A DNA stretch of 64,000 bases from Antedon mediterranea (Eukaryota; Animalia; Echinodermata). Shown piece after piece: positions 36,000 to 51,348 of the stretch. Numbering within the stretch: position 1 is the first letter of the stretch; each line of letters begins with the position of its first letter. Below the pieces are notes generated by a model, which had not been told where the DNA came from, did no database searches, and worked only from the letters and a program-made list of their open reading frames with translations. The translations under genes and the position numbers were made by a program. The stretch is taken from positions 28,694,388 through 28,758,387 of the forward strand of contig NC_092670.1 in the NCBI RefSeq assembly GCF_964355755.1, written 5' to 3'.

Positions 36000-38900
36000 T
36001 AACATAAAAACACCAAAGTGCTTAGAATAGCTTCAAATCGTATTTGGAGACGTTTTAGACCATTTTGTGATTTTCGAAAAAACTTGTTAACATAAAAACA
36101 TCAAAGTGTACAGAATAGCTTCAAATCGCATTTGGTGACATTTTAGACCATTTTGTGATTTTCGAAAAAACTTGTTAACATAAAAACACCAAAGTGCTTA
36201 GAATAGCTTCAAATCGCATTTGGAGACGTTTTAGACCATTTTGTGATTTTCGAAAAAACTTGTTAACATAAAAACATCAAAGTGTACAGAATAGCTTAAA
36301 ATCGCATTTGGAGACGTTTTAGACCATTTTGTGATTTTCGAAAAAAACTTGTTAACATAAAAACATCAAAGTGTACAGAATAGCTTCAAATTGCATTTGG
36401 AGACGTTTTAGACCATTTTGTGATTTTCGAAAAAACTTGGTTACACAAAAGCACCAAAGTGCTTAAAATAGCTTCAAATCGCATTTGGAGACATTTTAGA
36501 CCATTTTGTGATTTTCGAAAAAAACTTGTTAACATAAAAACACCAAAGTGCTTAGAATAGCTTCAAATCGCATTTGGAGACCTTTTAGACCATTTTGTGA
36601 TATTCGAAAAAAACTTGTTAACATAAAAACACCAAAGTGCTTAGAATAGCTTCAAATCGCATTTGGAGACGTTTTAGACCATTTTGTGATTTTCGAAAAA
36701 ACGTGTTAACATAAAAACATCAAAGTGTACAGAATAGCTTCAAATCGCATTTGGAGACGTTTTAGACCATTTTGTGATTTTCGATAAAACTTGGTTACAC
36801 AAAAACACCAAAGTGCTTAGAATAGCTTCAAATCGCATTTGAAGACGTTTTAGACCATTTTGTGATTTTCGAAAAAACTTGGTTACACAAAAACATCAAA
36901 GTGCTTAAAATCACATTAGAAACTGTTTTAGACCATTTTGAGCATTTCGATAAAACTTTTCACACAAAAACATCAAAGAGCACAAAATAGCTTAATATCG
37001 TATTTAAAAACGTTTTTTACCATTATGAGCATTTCGACAAACATTTTTCACATAAAAACACCAAAGTGTACAGAATAGCTTCAAATCGCATTTGGAGACG
37101 TTTTAGACCATTTTGTGATTTTCGAAAAAACTTGTTAACATAAAAACACCAAAGTGCTAAGAATAGCTTCAAATCGCATTTCGAGACGTTTTAGACCATT
37201 TTGTGATTTTCGAAAAAACGTATTCACATAAAAACACCAAAGTGCTTAGAATAGCTTCAAATCGCATTTGGAGACGTTTTAGACCATTTTGTGATTTTCG
37301 AAAAAACGTATTCACATAAAAACACCAAAGTGCTTAGAATAGCTTCAAATCGCATTTGGAGACGTTTTAGACCATTTTGTGATTTTCGAAAAAACTTGTT
37401 AACATAAAAACATCAAAGTGTACAGAATAGCTTCAAATCGCATTTAGAGACGTTATAGCCCATTTGTGATTTTCGAAAAAAACTTATTCACATAAAAACA
37501 CCAAAGTGCTTAGAATAGCTTCAAATCGCATTTGGAGACGTTTTAGACCATTTTGTGATTTTCGAAAAAAACGTGTTAACATAAAAACACCAAAGTGCTT
37601 AGAATAGCTTCAAATCGCATTTGGAGACGTTTTAGACCATTTTGTAATTTTCGAAAAAAACTTGTTAACATAAAAACATCAAAGTGCTTAGAATAGCTTC
37701 AAATCGCATTTGGAGACGTTTTAGACCATTTTGTGATTTTCGAAAAAAATTGTTAACATCAAAACATCAAAGGGTACAAAATAGCTTCAAATCGCATTTG
37801 GAGACGTTTTAGACCATTTTGTGATTTTCGAAAAAACTTGGTTACACAAAAACACCAAAGTGCTTAGAATAGCTTCAAATCGCATTTGAAGACGTTTTAG
37901 ACCATTTTGTGATTTTCGAAAAAACTTGGTTACACAAAAACATCAAAGTGCTTAAAATCACATTAGAAACCGTTTTAGACCATTTTGAGCATTTTGATAA
38001 AACTTTTCACACAAAAACATCAAAGAGCACAAAATAGCTTAATATCGTATTTAAAAACGTTTTTGACCATTATGAGCATTTCGACAAACATTTTTCACAC
38101 AAAACATCAAAGTGTACAGAATAGCTTCAAATCGCATTTGGAGACGTTTTAGACCATTTTGTGATTTTCGAAAACCTTTTTAACATAAAAACACCAAAGT
38201 GCTTAGAATAGCTTCAAATCGCATTTGGAGACGTTTTAGACCATTTTGTGATTTTCGAAAAAAACTTGTTAACATAAAAACATCAAAGTGCTTAGAATAG
38301 CTTCAAATCGCATTTGGGGACGTTTTAGACCATTTTGTGATTTTCGAAAAAACTTGTTAACATAAAAACACCAAAGTGCTTAGAATAGCTTCAAATCGCA
38401 TTTGGAGACGGTTTAGACCATTTTGTGATTTTCGAAAAAACTTGTTAACATAAAAACATCAAAGTGTACAGAATAGCTTCAAATCGCATTTGGAGACGTT
38501 TTAGACCATTTTGTGATTTTCGAAAAACACTTGTTAACATAAAAACATCAAAGTGTACAGAATAGCTTCAAATCGCATTTGGAGACGTTTTAGACCATTT
38601 TGTGATTTTCGAAAAAACTTGGTTACACAAAAGCACCAAAAGTGCTTAAAATAGCTTCAAATCGCAGTTGGAGACATTTTAGACCATTTTGTGATTTTCG
38701 AAAAAACTTATTCACATAAAAACACCAAAGTGCTTAGAATAGCTTCAAATCGCATTTGGGGACGTTTTAGACCATTTTGTGATTTTCGAAAAAACTTGTT
38801 AACATAAAAACACCAAAGTGCTTAGAATAGCTTCAAATCGCATTTGGAGACGTTTTAGACCATTTTGTGATTTTCGAAAAAACTTGTTAACATAAAAACA

Positions 38901-40813
38901 CCAAAGTGCTTAGAATAGCTTCAAATCGCATTTGGAGACGTTTTAGACCATTTTGTGATTTTCGAAAAAACTTGTTAACATAAAAACACCAAAGTGCTTA
39001 GAATAGCTTCAAATCGCATTTGGAGACCTTTTAGACCATTTTGTGATTTTCGAAAAAAATTTTCATAAAAACACCAAAGTGCTTAGAATAGCTTCAAATC
39101 GCATTTGGAGACGTTTTAGACCATTTTGTGATTTTCGAAAAAACTTGTTAACATAAAAACATCAAAGTGTACAGAATAGCTTCAAATCGCATTTGGAGAC
39201 GTTTTAGACCATTTTGTGATTTTCGATAAAACTTGGTTACACAAAAACACCAAAGTGCTTAGAATAGCTTCAAATCGCATTTGAAGACGTTTTAGACGAT
39301 TTTGTGATTTTCAAAAAAACTTGGTTACACAAAAACATCAAAGTGCTTAAAATCAGATTAGAAACTGTTTTAGACCATTTTGAGCATTTCGATAAAACTT
39401 TTCACACAAAAACATCAAAGAGCACAAAATAGCTTAATATCGTATTTAAAAACGTTTTTTACCATTATGAGCATTTCGACAAACATTTTTCACATAAAAA
39501 CACCAAAGTGTACAGAATAGCTTCAAATCGCATTTGGAGACGTTTTAGACCATTTTGTGATTTTCGAAAAAACTTGTTAACATAAAAACACCAAAGTGCT
39601 AAAAATAGCTTCAAATCGCATTTCGAGACGTTTAAAAACATTTTGTGATTTTCGAAAAAACGTATTCACATAAAAACACCAAAGTGCTTAGAATAGCTTC
39701 AAATCGCATTTGGAGACGTTTCAGACCATTTTGTGATTTTCGAAAAAACTTGTTAACATAAAAACACCAAAGTGCTTAGAATAGCTTCAAATCGCATTTG
39801 GAGACGTTTTAGACCATTTTGTGATTTTCGAAAAAACTTATTCACATAAAAACACCAAAGTGCTTAGAATAGCTTTAAATCGCATTTGGAGACGTTTTAG
39901 ACCATTTTGTGATTTTCGAAAAAACTTGTTAACATAAAAACATCAAAGTGTACAGAATAGCTTCAAATCGCATTTGGAGACGTTTTAGACCATTTTGTGA
40001 TTTTTGAAAAAACTTATTCACATATAAACACCAAAGTGCTTAGAATAGCTTCAAATCGCATTTGGAGATGTTTTAGACCATTTTGTGATTTTCGAAAAAA
40101 CTTGGTTCCACAAAAACATCAAAGTGCTTAGAATAGCTTCAAATCGCATTTGGAGACGTTTTAGACCATTTTGTGATTTTCGAAAAAAATTGTTAACATA
40201 AAAACACCAAAGTGCTTAGAATAGCTTAAAATCGCATTTGGAGTCGTTTTAGACCATTTTGTGATTTTCGAAAAAACTTATTCACATAAAAACACCAAAG
40301 TGCTCAGAATAGCTTCAAATCGCATTTGGAGACGTTTTAGACCATTTTGTGATTTTCGAAAAAACGTGTTAACATAAAAACACCAAAGTGCTTAGAATAG
40401 CTTCAAATCGCATTTGGAGACGTTTTAGACCATTTTGTGATTTTTGAAAAAACTTATTCACATATAAACACCAAAGTGCTTAGAATAGCTTCAAATCGCA
40501 TTTGGAGACGTTTTAGACCATTTTGTGATTTTCGAAAAAACTTGGTTCCACAAAAACATCAAAGTGCTTAGAATAGCTTCAAATCGCATTTGGAGTCGTT
40601 TTAGACCATTTTGTGATTTTCGAAAAAACTTATTCACATAAAAACACCAAAGTGCTTAGAATAGCTTAAAATCGCATTTGGAGACGTTTTAGACCATTTT
40701 GTGATTTTCGAAAAAACTTGTTAACATAAAAACATCAAAGTGTACAGAATAGCTTCAAATCGCATTTGGAGACGTTTTAGACCATTTTGTGATTTTCGAA
40801 AAAACTTATTCAC

Positions 40814-43698
40814 TGTAATATAATGTTGCGTTGTTGAGGTACTAATGAAGATTCTTACTCGCTTAACTGTCGTAACACATATATTGTTTATTCAGTATAA
40901 TACTTCAGTACAATATACAACTATAAGTATAGATAAGGAACGGAGGATCAATGATGCTGTCGGTGAGGTGTGAAGTGTGTAGGTCTGCTTCTGAAGAAGT
41001 GGCTGTGAGGTGTGTAGGTCTGCTTCTGAAGAAGTGGCTGTGAGGTGTGTAGGTCTGCTTCTGAAGAAGTGGCTGTGAGGTGTGTATGGGCCCTTCTGAA
41101 ACTTGGGAGTATATTGGCCCTCGGTTCATTTGCATAATGTCATTACATCATTTATGGAGCTAATGATTGGTCCTAAGTTGATCCAGGGGTGTTTAAATGG
41201 GAATGATTGATCTTATCTGGGGAGGTTACAATGATGAATTGGCCCTGTCGAATCTCTGCTTAAAACTGTCAATATCTAATTGTTTTACGATGGGAACAGT
41301 CACAAAGTTAAGCTAAGTGTTTTCTTTAGGGATTCTATTATAAACTAAATGGTCATTAAAACATCTGGACAAACTCTCCTCTGGACTTTCTGGGTCAAGT
41401 TTGTGAACCTATTTGAATTCTGATACAAAGGTCAATTTCTTAAATATAAAAGTATATCGTTATATTACATCCCTCTGTTTCCCTTTTTTTTTCTAATCTA
41501 TTTAAAATATAAAAATGGTTATAATATTGGCATGCAAAATTAAAGTTATATAAAAGAAAAAAAACATTATTATACATATAAGCAAAAATTGAGTTAGCCA
41601 AAACCATTGACTCTGAAGTGTAACCTTATCACTTTCACTCTCTCTCTTCTCTCTCTTAAAAAAAATTAAAATTAAAAATGAATTTGGTATAAAATTCGCG
41701 TAAATCAAACATAAATCGCTTAAAAATAAAAATACAAAACTTAAAAATAGTATGTTACATTGAACATACATCAAATCGTGCGACACTCATCGCGTTCTAT
41801 TGGCCTTCAAACATAAATCAATCAAATCAAAACATAAAACTCAAGAAACTGTGGCTGATTAGCCTAAAATCAAATATCAAACTTAATCACTTAAAACTCT
41901 AAAAGAAACAAATGTGTGTGTCCCGTTGACACAAACTTATCCACAATATATCGTTATCGTCACAACTTTTTCGATTTAAGCATTTATATTCACAGGTAAT
42001 TACGATTTCAATCAATCGACAAATTCGACTTTTGTACTCAATTTTAAAAAAATTAAAATTAAAAGTACTAAGAAAATCTCCTGTTATTGTATATCAATTA
42101 ATTAATGCTTGAGATTAACGACTCAAAGGTTAAACAAAATATTTGTTACAAAATGATTGTCGTTCTTTTCAATATCTCAATATATCGATCATCAAAATTC
42201 AAAATTAATCTTTATCAAAAAACTCGTTACAAAATCAATACTTAAACATAAATTCAATTCTCTTTTAACTGAAATCACATCATTACTAAACAAATCTCAT
42301 CAAATACGTAGACTATGCTATCAATAATTTAGCAAATGTCGTAATTTAAAAATAATCTTGCAAAAAAAAAATTAAATCAGTAATTCGTTGCATTATACAA
42401 ACGTTTTATGAATCGTTTTGGCGATCCACTTATCGGTATCTGTTTATCATTAATGATCTCTTTAATTAATTTATCTGTATCGTTATATCTGTCAATATTC
42501 CACCAAAATTTGCGATCATTAGATTTGTGTTTTGTTTTATCGGTGTTGCGTTTGGCTGAAGTCGGTTTAGAATACGAAACTAAAACTTGGAAATGTCCTG
42601 CTTTAAATCTACCTCGGTTTAATGTCATATTTGAATCATTAGTTGCTGTCATAATTAAATTAGTTTGTTCCTTAATTTGTTCTTCTTTCATTTGGAATGG
42701 GGCTGCTAATCCCATGTTATTCTCTACACAGTCAATGTAAGGTTGCAAGTTAAGGGGTTCTACTTTAGTTGGATGTGTAAGGGTATCTGATTGCAATTGG
42801 GTGGGTGTCCTATCATGTTCGTTGACAAATTAAACATGGTTTTCGTCATTTACTACGGTAACGGTGTTCTGAATTTTCTCATTATTATTATCGGCGGGTT
42901 TATTCAAAAATTATTTTAACAATTTAAAAAACAATTTTAGTGTATACCATAAACTTTCAAAACGGTTCTGACTTACCCCAAATGCTTCGGATCCAATTAA
43001 AAATGAATTAAAGGAATGCAAAAAGTGTTCAAAAATGTTTAAATGTTCAAACAACGAATTAAAAAAATGTTAAAAGTGTTCATCAATGTTCAAATTTTAA
43101 AACAACGAATTCAAAAAAATGCGAAAGGTGTTCATCAATGTTCAAAAGAAGTAAATGTTAAAAAAAACGATCGAAAAAAAACGGCGTGAAGTTGAAAGTG
43201 TCCAAACGAAACAGTTCTTGTCCGCTTGCTTCTGTTTTGATTCTTCTTGGGTCTTCCTCGATTATCTTCTTTGTCTTTATCCAATGGTTATAATTTGATA
43301 AAATTTCTGCTTGTCTCGATCTCATTCAAATATAATTTCAGCTTGTCTCGATCTCATTCAAATATAATTTCAGCTTGTCTCGATCTCATTCAAATATAAT
43401 TTCTGCTTGTCTCGATCTCATTCAAATATAATTTCAGCTTGTCTTTTGTGTCTTCCTCGATTATCTTCTTTGTCTTCATCCAATGGTAATAATTTGATAA
43501 AATTTCTGCTTGTCTCGATCTCATTCAAATATAATTTCAGCTTGTCTTTTGTTTAAAAGTAAATTTCTGGTTTTCTCCTTTCAAACAAATATGGTTATTT
43601 TTGTCTTCGTCTTCGTCTTCGTGTCTTGTTAAGTGTTTATTTCTTGTTTTCTTGGTATTCTGTTTTCTCACTCTGTTCCTTTTGAAATTTGGGTCTGG
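40814..43698 (-). mobile_element. Truncated LTR retrotransposon: 3' LTR (40814-41469), PPT and part of the internal region
   Basis: 656-bp LTR with 10-bp terminal inverted repeats TGTAATATAA...TTATATTACA. A polypurine tract (minus AAAAAGGGAAACAGAGGGA) abuts it at 41470. Three 35-bp tandem repeats lie inside the LTR and 32-bp tandem repeats at ~43303-43545. No 5' LTR is present. Confidence 0.8.
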
Positions 43699-45487
43699 TC
43701 CAAAGTGCTTAGAATAGCTTCAAATCGCATTTGGAGACGTTTTAGACCATTTTGTGATTTTCTAAAAAACTTGGTTCCACAAAAACATCAAAGTGCTTAG
43801 AATAGCTTCAAATCGCATTTGGAGACGTTTTAGACCATTTTGTGATTTTCGAAAAAAATTGTTAACATAAAAACACCAAAGTGCTTAGAATAGCTTAAAA
43901 TCGCATTTGGAGTCGTTTTAGACCATTTTGTGATTTTCGAAAAAAACTTATTCACATAAAAACACCAAAGTGCTTAGAATAGCTTCAAATCGCATTTGGA
44001 GACGTTTTAGACCATTTTGTGATTTTCGAAAAAAAAATGTTAACATAAAAACACCAAAGTGCTTAGAATAGCTTCAAATCGCATTTGGAGTCGTTTTAGA
44101 CCATTTTGTGATTTTCGAAAAAACTTATTCACATAAAAACACCAAAGTGCTTAGAATAGCTTCAAATCGCATTTGGAGACGTTTTAGACCATTTTGTGAT
44201 TTTCGAAAAAACTTGGTTCCACAAAAACATCAAATTGCTTAGAATAGCTTCAAATCGCATTTGGAGACGTTTTAGACCATTTTGTGATTTTCGAAAAAAC
44301 TTGTTAACATAAAAACATCAAAGTGTACAGAATAGCTTCAAATCGCATTTGGAGACGTTTTAGACCATTTTGTGATTTTCGAAAAAACTTATTCACATAA
44401 AAACACCAAAGTGCTTAGAATAGCTTCAAATCGCATTTGGAGACGTTTTAGACCATTTTGTGATTTTCGAAAAAACTTGTTAACATAAAAACACCAAAGT
44501 GCTTAGAATAGCTTCAAATCGCATTTGGAGACGTCTTAGACCATTTTGTGATTTTTGAAAAAACTTGTTAACATAAAAACACCAAAGTGCTTAGGATAGC
44601 TTCAAATCGCATTTGGAGACGTTTTAGACCATATTTGTGATTTTCGAAAAAAACTTATTCACATAAAAACATCAAAGTGTACAGAATAGCTTCAAATCGC
44701 ATTTGGAGACGTTTTAGACCATTTTGTGATTTTCGAAAAAACTTGTTAACATAAAAACATCAAAGTGTACAGAATAGCTTCAAATCGCATTTGGAGACGT
44801 TTTAGACCATTTTGTGATTTTCGAAAAATCTTATTCACATAAAAACACCAAAGTGCTTAGAATAGCTTCAAATCGCATTAGGAGACGTTTTAGACCATTT
44901 TGTGATTTTCGAAAAAACTTGGTTCCACAAAAACATCAAATTGCTTAGAATAGCTTCAAATCGCATTTGGAGACGTTTTAGACCATTTTGTAATTTTCGA
45001 AAAAACTTGTTAACATAAAAACACCAAAGTGCTTAGAATAGCTTAAAATCGCATTTGGAGACGTCTTAGACCATTTTGTGATTTTCGAAAAAACTTGTTA
45101 ACATAAAAACACCAAAGTGCTTAGGATAGCTTCAAATCGCATTTGGAGACGTTTTAGACCATTTTGTGATTTTCGAAAAAAACTTATTCACATAAAAACA
45201 TCAAAGTGTACAGAATAGCTTCAAATCGCATTTGGAGACGTTTTAGACCATTTTGTGATTTTCGAAAAAACTTGTTAACATAAAAACATCAAGGTGTACA
45301 GAGTAGCTTCAAATCGCATTTGGAGACGTTTTAGACCATTTTGTGATTTTTGAAAAAACTTGGTTACACAAAAACATCAAAGTGCTTAAAATCACATTAG
45401 AAACCGTTTTAGACCATTTTGAGCATTTCGATAAAACTTTTCACACAAAAACATCAAAGAGCACAAAATAGCTTAATATCGTGTAAA

Positions 45488-47009
45488 CCCATCAAGGCCC
45501 AACCATAATTTTATTGTTAATAAAAACAGCAAAATATTTATTGACATTTCCAAAAAAAGATCAGAAAATCACATCATAAGCTACAGTAAAAAGATTTGTT
45601 ATGCTATTTACAATTTTACACATCCAAATTCTGATTAATAAACAAAAAATGTGATTGTTCTATTGTTCTAATTGTATTGATACAATTATGAAAAGTCTAT
45701 TTTTGTGGTATTCTCTAAAGCAATTCCTCTTTTCTGTAAAGCAAAGAGCTACTTTGCATTTTTCAAATATTGTATCTGTCTTGTTGACTTTACAGATAGC
45801 ACAACGACGGCGTTTTTCATCTTTTAGTGGCCAATGGGCAACCTTATCCAACCTTACATCGTCGTTTGCAAGTGGGCGTTTTTGTTGACGCTTTACAGGT
45901 TGAATATTAGCTGCAACTGGAGTTAATGGTCTGCCTGGTTTTTTAGTGTTTATTTGAATGAGTGTTTGTGCAACTATTGCTTGAAACTTCCTTTGATTCA
46001 AAATTGAGTTCTTTGCAACGCCTACTTCTTTGCATTCCCGGCGATATAGAAGCCAAGCATTCACAAGGGCTATGTACACACCTTGCCAAAACAAATACAG
46101 ATACCAACGCTTTGAAATGATGTGATATTTGTATCTGGCAATGCAAGCATCCATTAAGTCAACTCCTCCCATATGGGTATTATACTGGCTTACAATAGAT
46201 GGTCTTGTAACCTCTACAAATTCTTTTTTCCCTTTTTCCCAGCGACGCGCCTTGTCTGTTGGTTCAACGCCAGCATAACTTGAAATTAAAGTTACTCGTT
46301 TTGTGTCCAACCAGCTAACAACTACTACATTACTCGACTCTTCTACTCTCCAGTCATATGCTCCTCTTCCTTTTTTCTGCATTTCCTTTTCTGACATGAG
46401 ATTGATACCGGCAAGACGATTTCCGCGCAAAATTATGTTGGCGATTACTATAAAAAAAAATATAATAAAAAATGACAATTATAAATTAGACACAATAAAA
46501 ATAATAAGTCATAATAAGATCTAACATTCTATAAATTATTGACATATGAACTTGGATAATTATAACACAATACAAGCATGGTGACCCATTGGGACATATA
46601 TGACCCATGTTCCACAACATAGAGGGCCATAGGGACATATATGTCCCCATTTTTTAAAACGCCTACCAAATAAAAAATTAAAGTAATATAACTTATTTTT
46701 TTTAATAATCATGATCTATGAAGTCTATTGATAATATCTATCTAGTTTTTAAAACAAATAACACAATATTTTAGGTGTTATAGGCTTTAGAAGATCCAAA
46801 GACAACAAAGCATGCTTACCTACTTGAAGAAGCCATTGTGTAAACACTGTAACAAAATATTCTAGGCTCAATTGACTTCCTGTTGATCTCAAACTGTGCC
46901 TTATCTGTCCCTATGGTTCTTGCAGTGATTTTTTTTGTTAAAACATTTGCCTAGTAAAATCACATGACTAAGTCATGTGACGGGTCAAATATTACCCCAT
47001 GGGCCTTGA
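45488..47009 (-). mobile_element. Internally deleted piggyBac transposon
   Basis: TIR CCCATCAAGGCCCA / TGGGCCTTGA (the last bases of the right TIR are lost). Transposase C-terminal half in ORF 45660-46478 with WLDTKRVTLISS, YNTHMGGVDLMD and a Cys-rich tail RRRCAIC...CKVALC...CFREYH. Confidence 0.92.
45660..46836 (-). pseudogene. piggyBac transposase (DDE_Tnp_1_7) remnant with an intron
   Basis: Putative exon 1 ATGGCTTCTTCAAGTAG|gtaagc (46836-46820) and acceptor tttttatag| at 46448. The N-terminal half of the DDD core is missing, and the spliced frame does not match the transposase frame. Confidence 0.75.
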
Positions 47010-50000
47010 CCATTATGAGCATTTCGACAACAAAATTTCACACAAAACATCAAAGTATACAGAATAGCTTAAAATCGCATTTGGAGACGTTTTACACCAT
47101 TTTGCTATTTTCGAAAAAACTTGTTAACATAAAAACACCAAAGTGCTTAAAATAGCTTCAAATCGCATTTGGAGACATTTTAGTCCATTTTGTGATTTTC
47201 GAAAAAAGTTGTTAGCATAAAAACACCAAAGTGCTTAAAATAGCTTCAAATCGCATTTGGAGACGTTTTAGACCATTTTGTGATTTTCGAATTAACTCGT
47301 TACCATAAAAACACCAAAGTGTACAGAATAGCTTCAAATCGCATTTGGAGACGTTTTAGACCATTTTGTGATTTTCGAAAAAACTTGTTAACATAAAAAC
47401 ATCAAAGTGTACAGAATAGCTTCAAATCGCATTTGGAGACGTTTTAGACCATTTTGTGATTTTCGAAAAAACTTATTAACATAAAAACACCAAAGTGCTT
47501 AAAATAGCTTCAAATCGCATTTGGAGACATTTTAGACCATTTTGTGACTTTCGAAAAAACTTGTTAACATAAAAACACCAAAGTGCTTAGAATAGCTTCA
47601 AATCGCATTTGGAGACGTTTTAGACCATTTTGTGATTTTCGAAAAAAGTTGTTAACATAAAAACACCAAAGTGCTTTGAATAGCTTCAAATCGCATTTGG
47701 AGACGTTTTAGAACATTTTGTGATTTTCGAAACAACTTATTCACATAAAAACACCAAAGTACTTAGAATAGCTTCAAATCGCATATGGAGACATTTTAGA
47801 CCATTTTGTGATTTCCGAAAAAACTTGTTAACATAAAAACACCAAAGTGCTTAGAATAGCTTCAAATCGCATTTGGAGACGTTTTAGACCATTTTGTGAT
47901 TTTCGAAAAAACTTGTTAACATAAAAACACCAAAGTGCTTAGAATAGCTTAAAATCGCATTTGGAGACGTTTTAGACCATTTTGTGATTTTTTTAAAAAC
48001 TTGTTAACATAAAAACACCAAAGAGCTTAGAATAGCTTCAAATCGCATTTGGAGACGTTTTAGACCATTTTGTGATTTTCGAAAAAACTTGTTAACATAA
48101 AAACATCAAATTGTACAGAATAGCTTCAAATCGCATTTGGAGACGTTAGAATAGCTTCAAATCGTATTTGGAGACGTTTTAGACCATTTTGTGATTTTCT
48201 AAAAAACTTGTTAACATAAAAACATCAAAGTGTACAGAAAAGCTTCAAATCGCATTTGGAGACGTTTTAGACCATTTTGTGATTTTCGAAAAAACTTATT
48301 CACATAAAAACACCAAAGTGCTTAGAATAGCTTAAAATCGCATTTGGAGACGTTTTAGACCATTTTGTGATTTTCGAAAAAACTTGTTAACATAAAAACA
48401 CCAAAGTGCTTAGAATAGCTTCAAATCGCATTTGGAGACGTTTTAGACCAAATTGTGATTTTCGAAAAAACTTGTTAACATAAAAACACCAAAGTGCTTA
48501 GAATAGCTTCAAATCGCATTTGGAGACGTTTTAGACCATTTTGTGATTTTCGAAAAAACTTGTTAACATAAAAACATCAAAGTGTACAGAATAGCTTCAA
48601 ATCGCATTTGGAGACGTTTTAGACCATTTTGTGATTTTCGAAAAAACTTGTTAACATAAAAACATCAAAGTGTACAGAATAGCTTCAAATCGCATTTGGA
48701 GACCTTTTAGACCATTTTGTGATATTCGAAAAAAACTTGTTAACATAAAAACACCAATGTGCTTAGAATAGCTTCAAATCGCATTTGGAGTCGTTTTAGA
48801 CCATTTTGTGATTTTCGAAAAAACTTATTCACATAAAAACACCAAAGTGCTTGGAATAGCTTCAAATCGCATTTGGAGACGTTTTAGACCATTTTGTGAT
48901 TTTCGAAAAAACTTGTTAACATAAAAACATCAAAGTGCCTAAAATCACATTAGAAACCGTCTAGACCATTTTGAGCATTTCGATAAAACTTTTCACACAA
49001 AAACATCAATGAACACAAAATAGCTTAATATCGTAATTAAAAACGTTTTTGACCATTTTGAGCATTTCGACAAAAATATTTCACACAAAACAGCAAAGTG
49101 TACAGAATAGCTTCAAATTGCATTTGGAGACGTTTTAGACCATTTTGTGATTTTCGAAAAAACTTGGTAACATAAAAACACCAAAGTGCTTAGAATAGCT
49201 TCAAATCGCATTTGGGGACGTTTTAGACCATTTTGTGATTTTCGAAAAAACTTGTTAACATAAAAACATCAAATTGTACAGAATAGCTTCAAATCGCATT
49301 TGGAGACGTTAGAATAGCTTCAAATCGTATTTGGAGACGTTTTAGACCATTTTGTGATTTTCGAAAAAACTTGTTAACATAAAAACATCAAAGTGTACAG
49401 AATAGCTTCAAATCGCATTTGGAGACGTTTTAGACCATTTTGTGATTTTCGAAAAAACTTATTCACATAAAAACACCAAAGTGCTTAGAATAGCTTAAAA
49501 TCGCATTTGGAGACGTTTTAGACCATTTTGTGATTTTCGAAAAAACTTGTTAACATAAAAACACCAAAGTGCTTAGAATAGCTTCAAATCGCATTTGGAG
49601 ACGTTTTAGACCAAATTGTGATTTTCGAAAAAACTTGTTAACATAAAAACACCAAAGTGCTTAGAATAGCTTCAAATCGCATTTGGAGACGTTTTAGACC
49701 ATTTTGTGATTTTCGAAAAAACTTGTTAACATAAAACATCAAAGTGTACAGAATAGCTTCAAATCGCATTTGGAGACGTTTTAGACCATTTTGTGATTTT
49801 CGAAAAAACTTGTTAACATAAAAACATCAAAGTGTACAGAATAGCTTCAAATCGCATTTGGAGACCTTTTAGACCATTTTGTGATATTCGAAAAAAACTT
49901 GTTAACATAAAAACACCAATGTGCTTAGAATAGCTTCAAATCGCATTTGGAGTCGTTTTAGACCATTTTGTGATTTTCGAAAAAACTTATTCACATAAAA

Positions 50001-51348
50001 ACACCAAAGTGCTTGGAATAGCTTCAAATCGCATTTGGAGACGTTTTAGACCATTTTGTGATTTTCGAAAAAACTTGTTAACATAAAAACATCAAAGTGC
50101 CTAAAATCACATTAGAAACCGTCTAGACCATTTTGAGCATTTCGATAAAACTTTTCACACAAAAACATCAATGAACACAAAATAGCTTAATATCGTAATT
50201 AAAAACGTTTTTGACCATTTTGAGCATTTCGACAAAAATATTTCACACAAAACAGCAAAGTGTACAGAATAGCTTCAAATTGCATTTGGAGACATTTTAG
50301 ACCATTTTGTGATTTTCGAAAAAACTTGGTAACATAAAAACACCAAAGTGCTTAGAATAGCTTCAAATCGCATTTGGAGACGTTTTAGACCATTTTGTGA
50401 TTATCGAAAAAACTTATTCACATAAAAACACCAAAGTGCTTAGAATAGCTTCAAATCGCATTTGGAGACGTTTTAAACCATTTTGTGATTTTCGAAAAAA
50501 CTTATTCACATAAAAACACCAAAGTGCTTAGAATAGCTTCAAATTGCATTTGAGACGTTTTAGACCATTTTGTGATTTTCGAAAAAACTTGTTAACATAA
50601 AAACATCAAAGTGCCTAAAATCACATTAGAAACGGTCTAGACCATTTTGAGCATTTCGATAAAACTTTTCACACAAAAACATCAATGAACACAAAATAGC
50701 TTAATATCGTAATTAAAAACGTTTTTGACCATTTTGAGCATTTCGACAAAAATATTTCACACAAAACAGCAAAGTGTACAGAATAGCTTCAAATTGCATT
50801 TGGAGACGTTTTAGACCATTTTGTGATTTTCGAAAAAACTTGGTAACATAAAAACACCAAAGTGCTTAGAATAGCTTCAAATCGCATTTGGAGACGTTTT
50901 AGACCATTTTGTGATTATCGAAAAAACTTATTCACATAAAAACACCAAAGTGCTTAGAATAGCTTCAAATCGCATTTGGAGACGTTTTAAACCATTTTGT
51001 GATTTTCGAAAAAACTTATTCACATAAAAACACCAAAGTGCTTAGAATAGCTTCAAATTGCATTTGAGACGTTTTAGACCATTTTGTGATTTTCGAAAAA
51101 ACTTGTTAACATAAAAACATCAAAGTGCTTAAAATCACATTAGAAACCATTTTAGACCATTTTGAGCATTTCGATAAAACTTTTCACACAAAAACATCAA
51201 AGAGCACAAAATAGCTTAATATCGTATTTAAAAACGTTTTTGACCATTTTGAGCATTTCGACAAAAAATGTTCACACAAAACAGCAAAGTGTACAGAATA
51301 GCTTCAAATTGCATTGGAGACGTTTTAGATCATTTTGTGATTTTCGAA

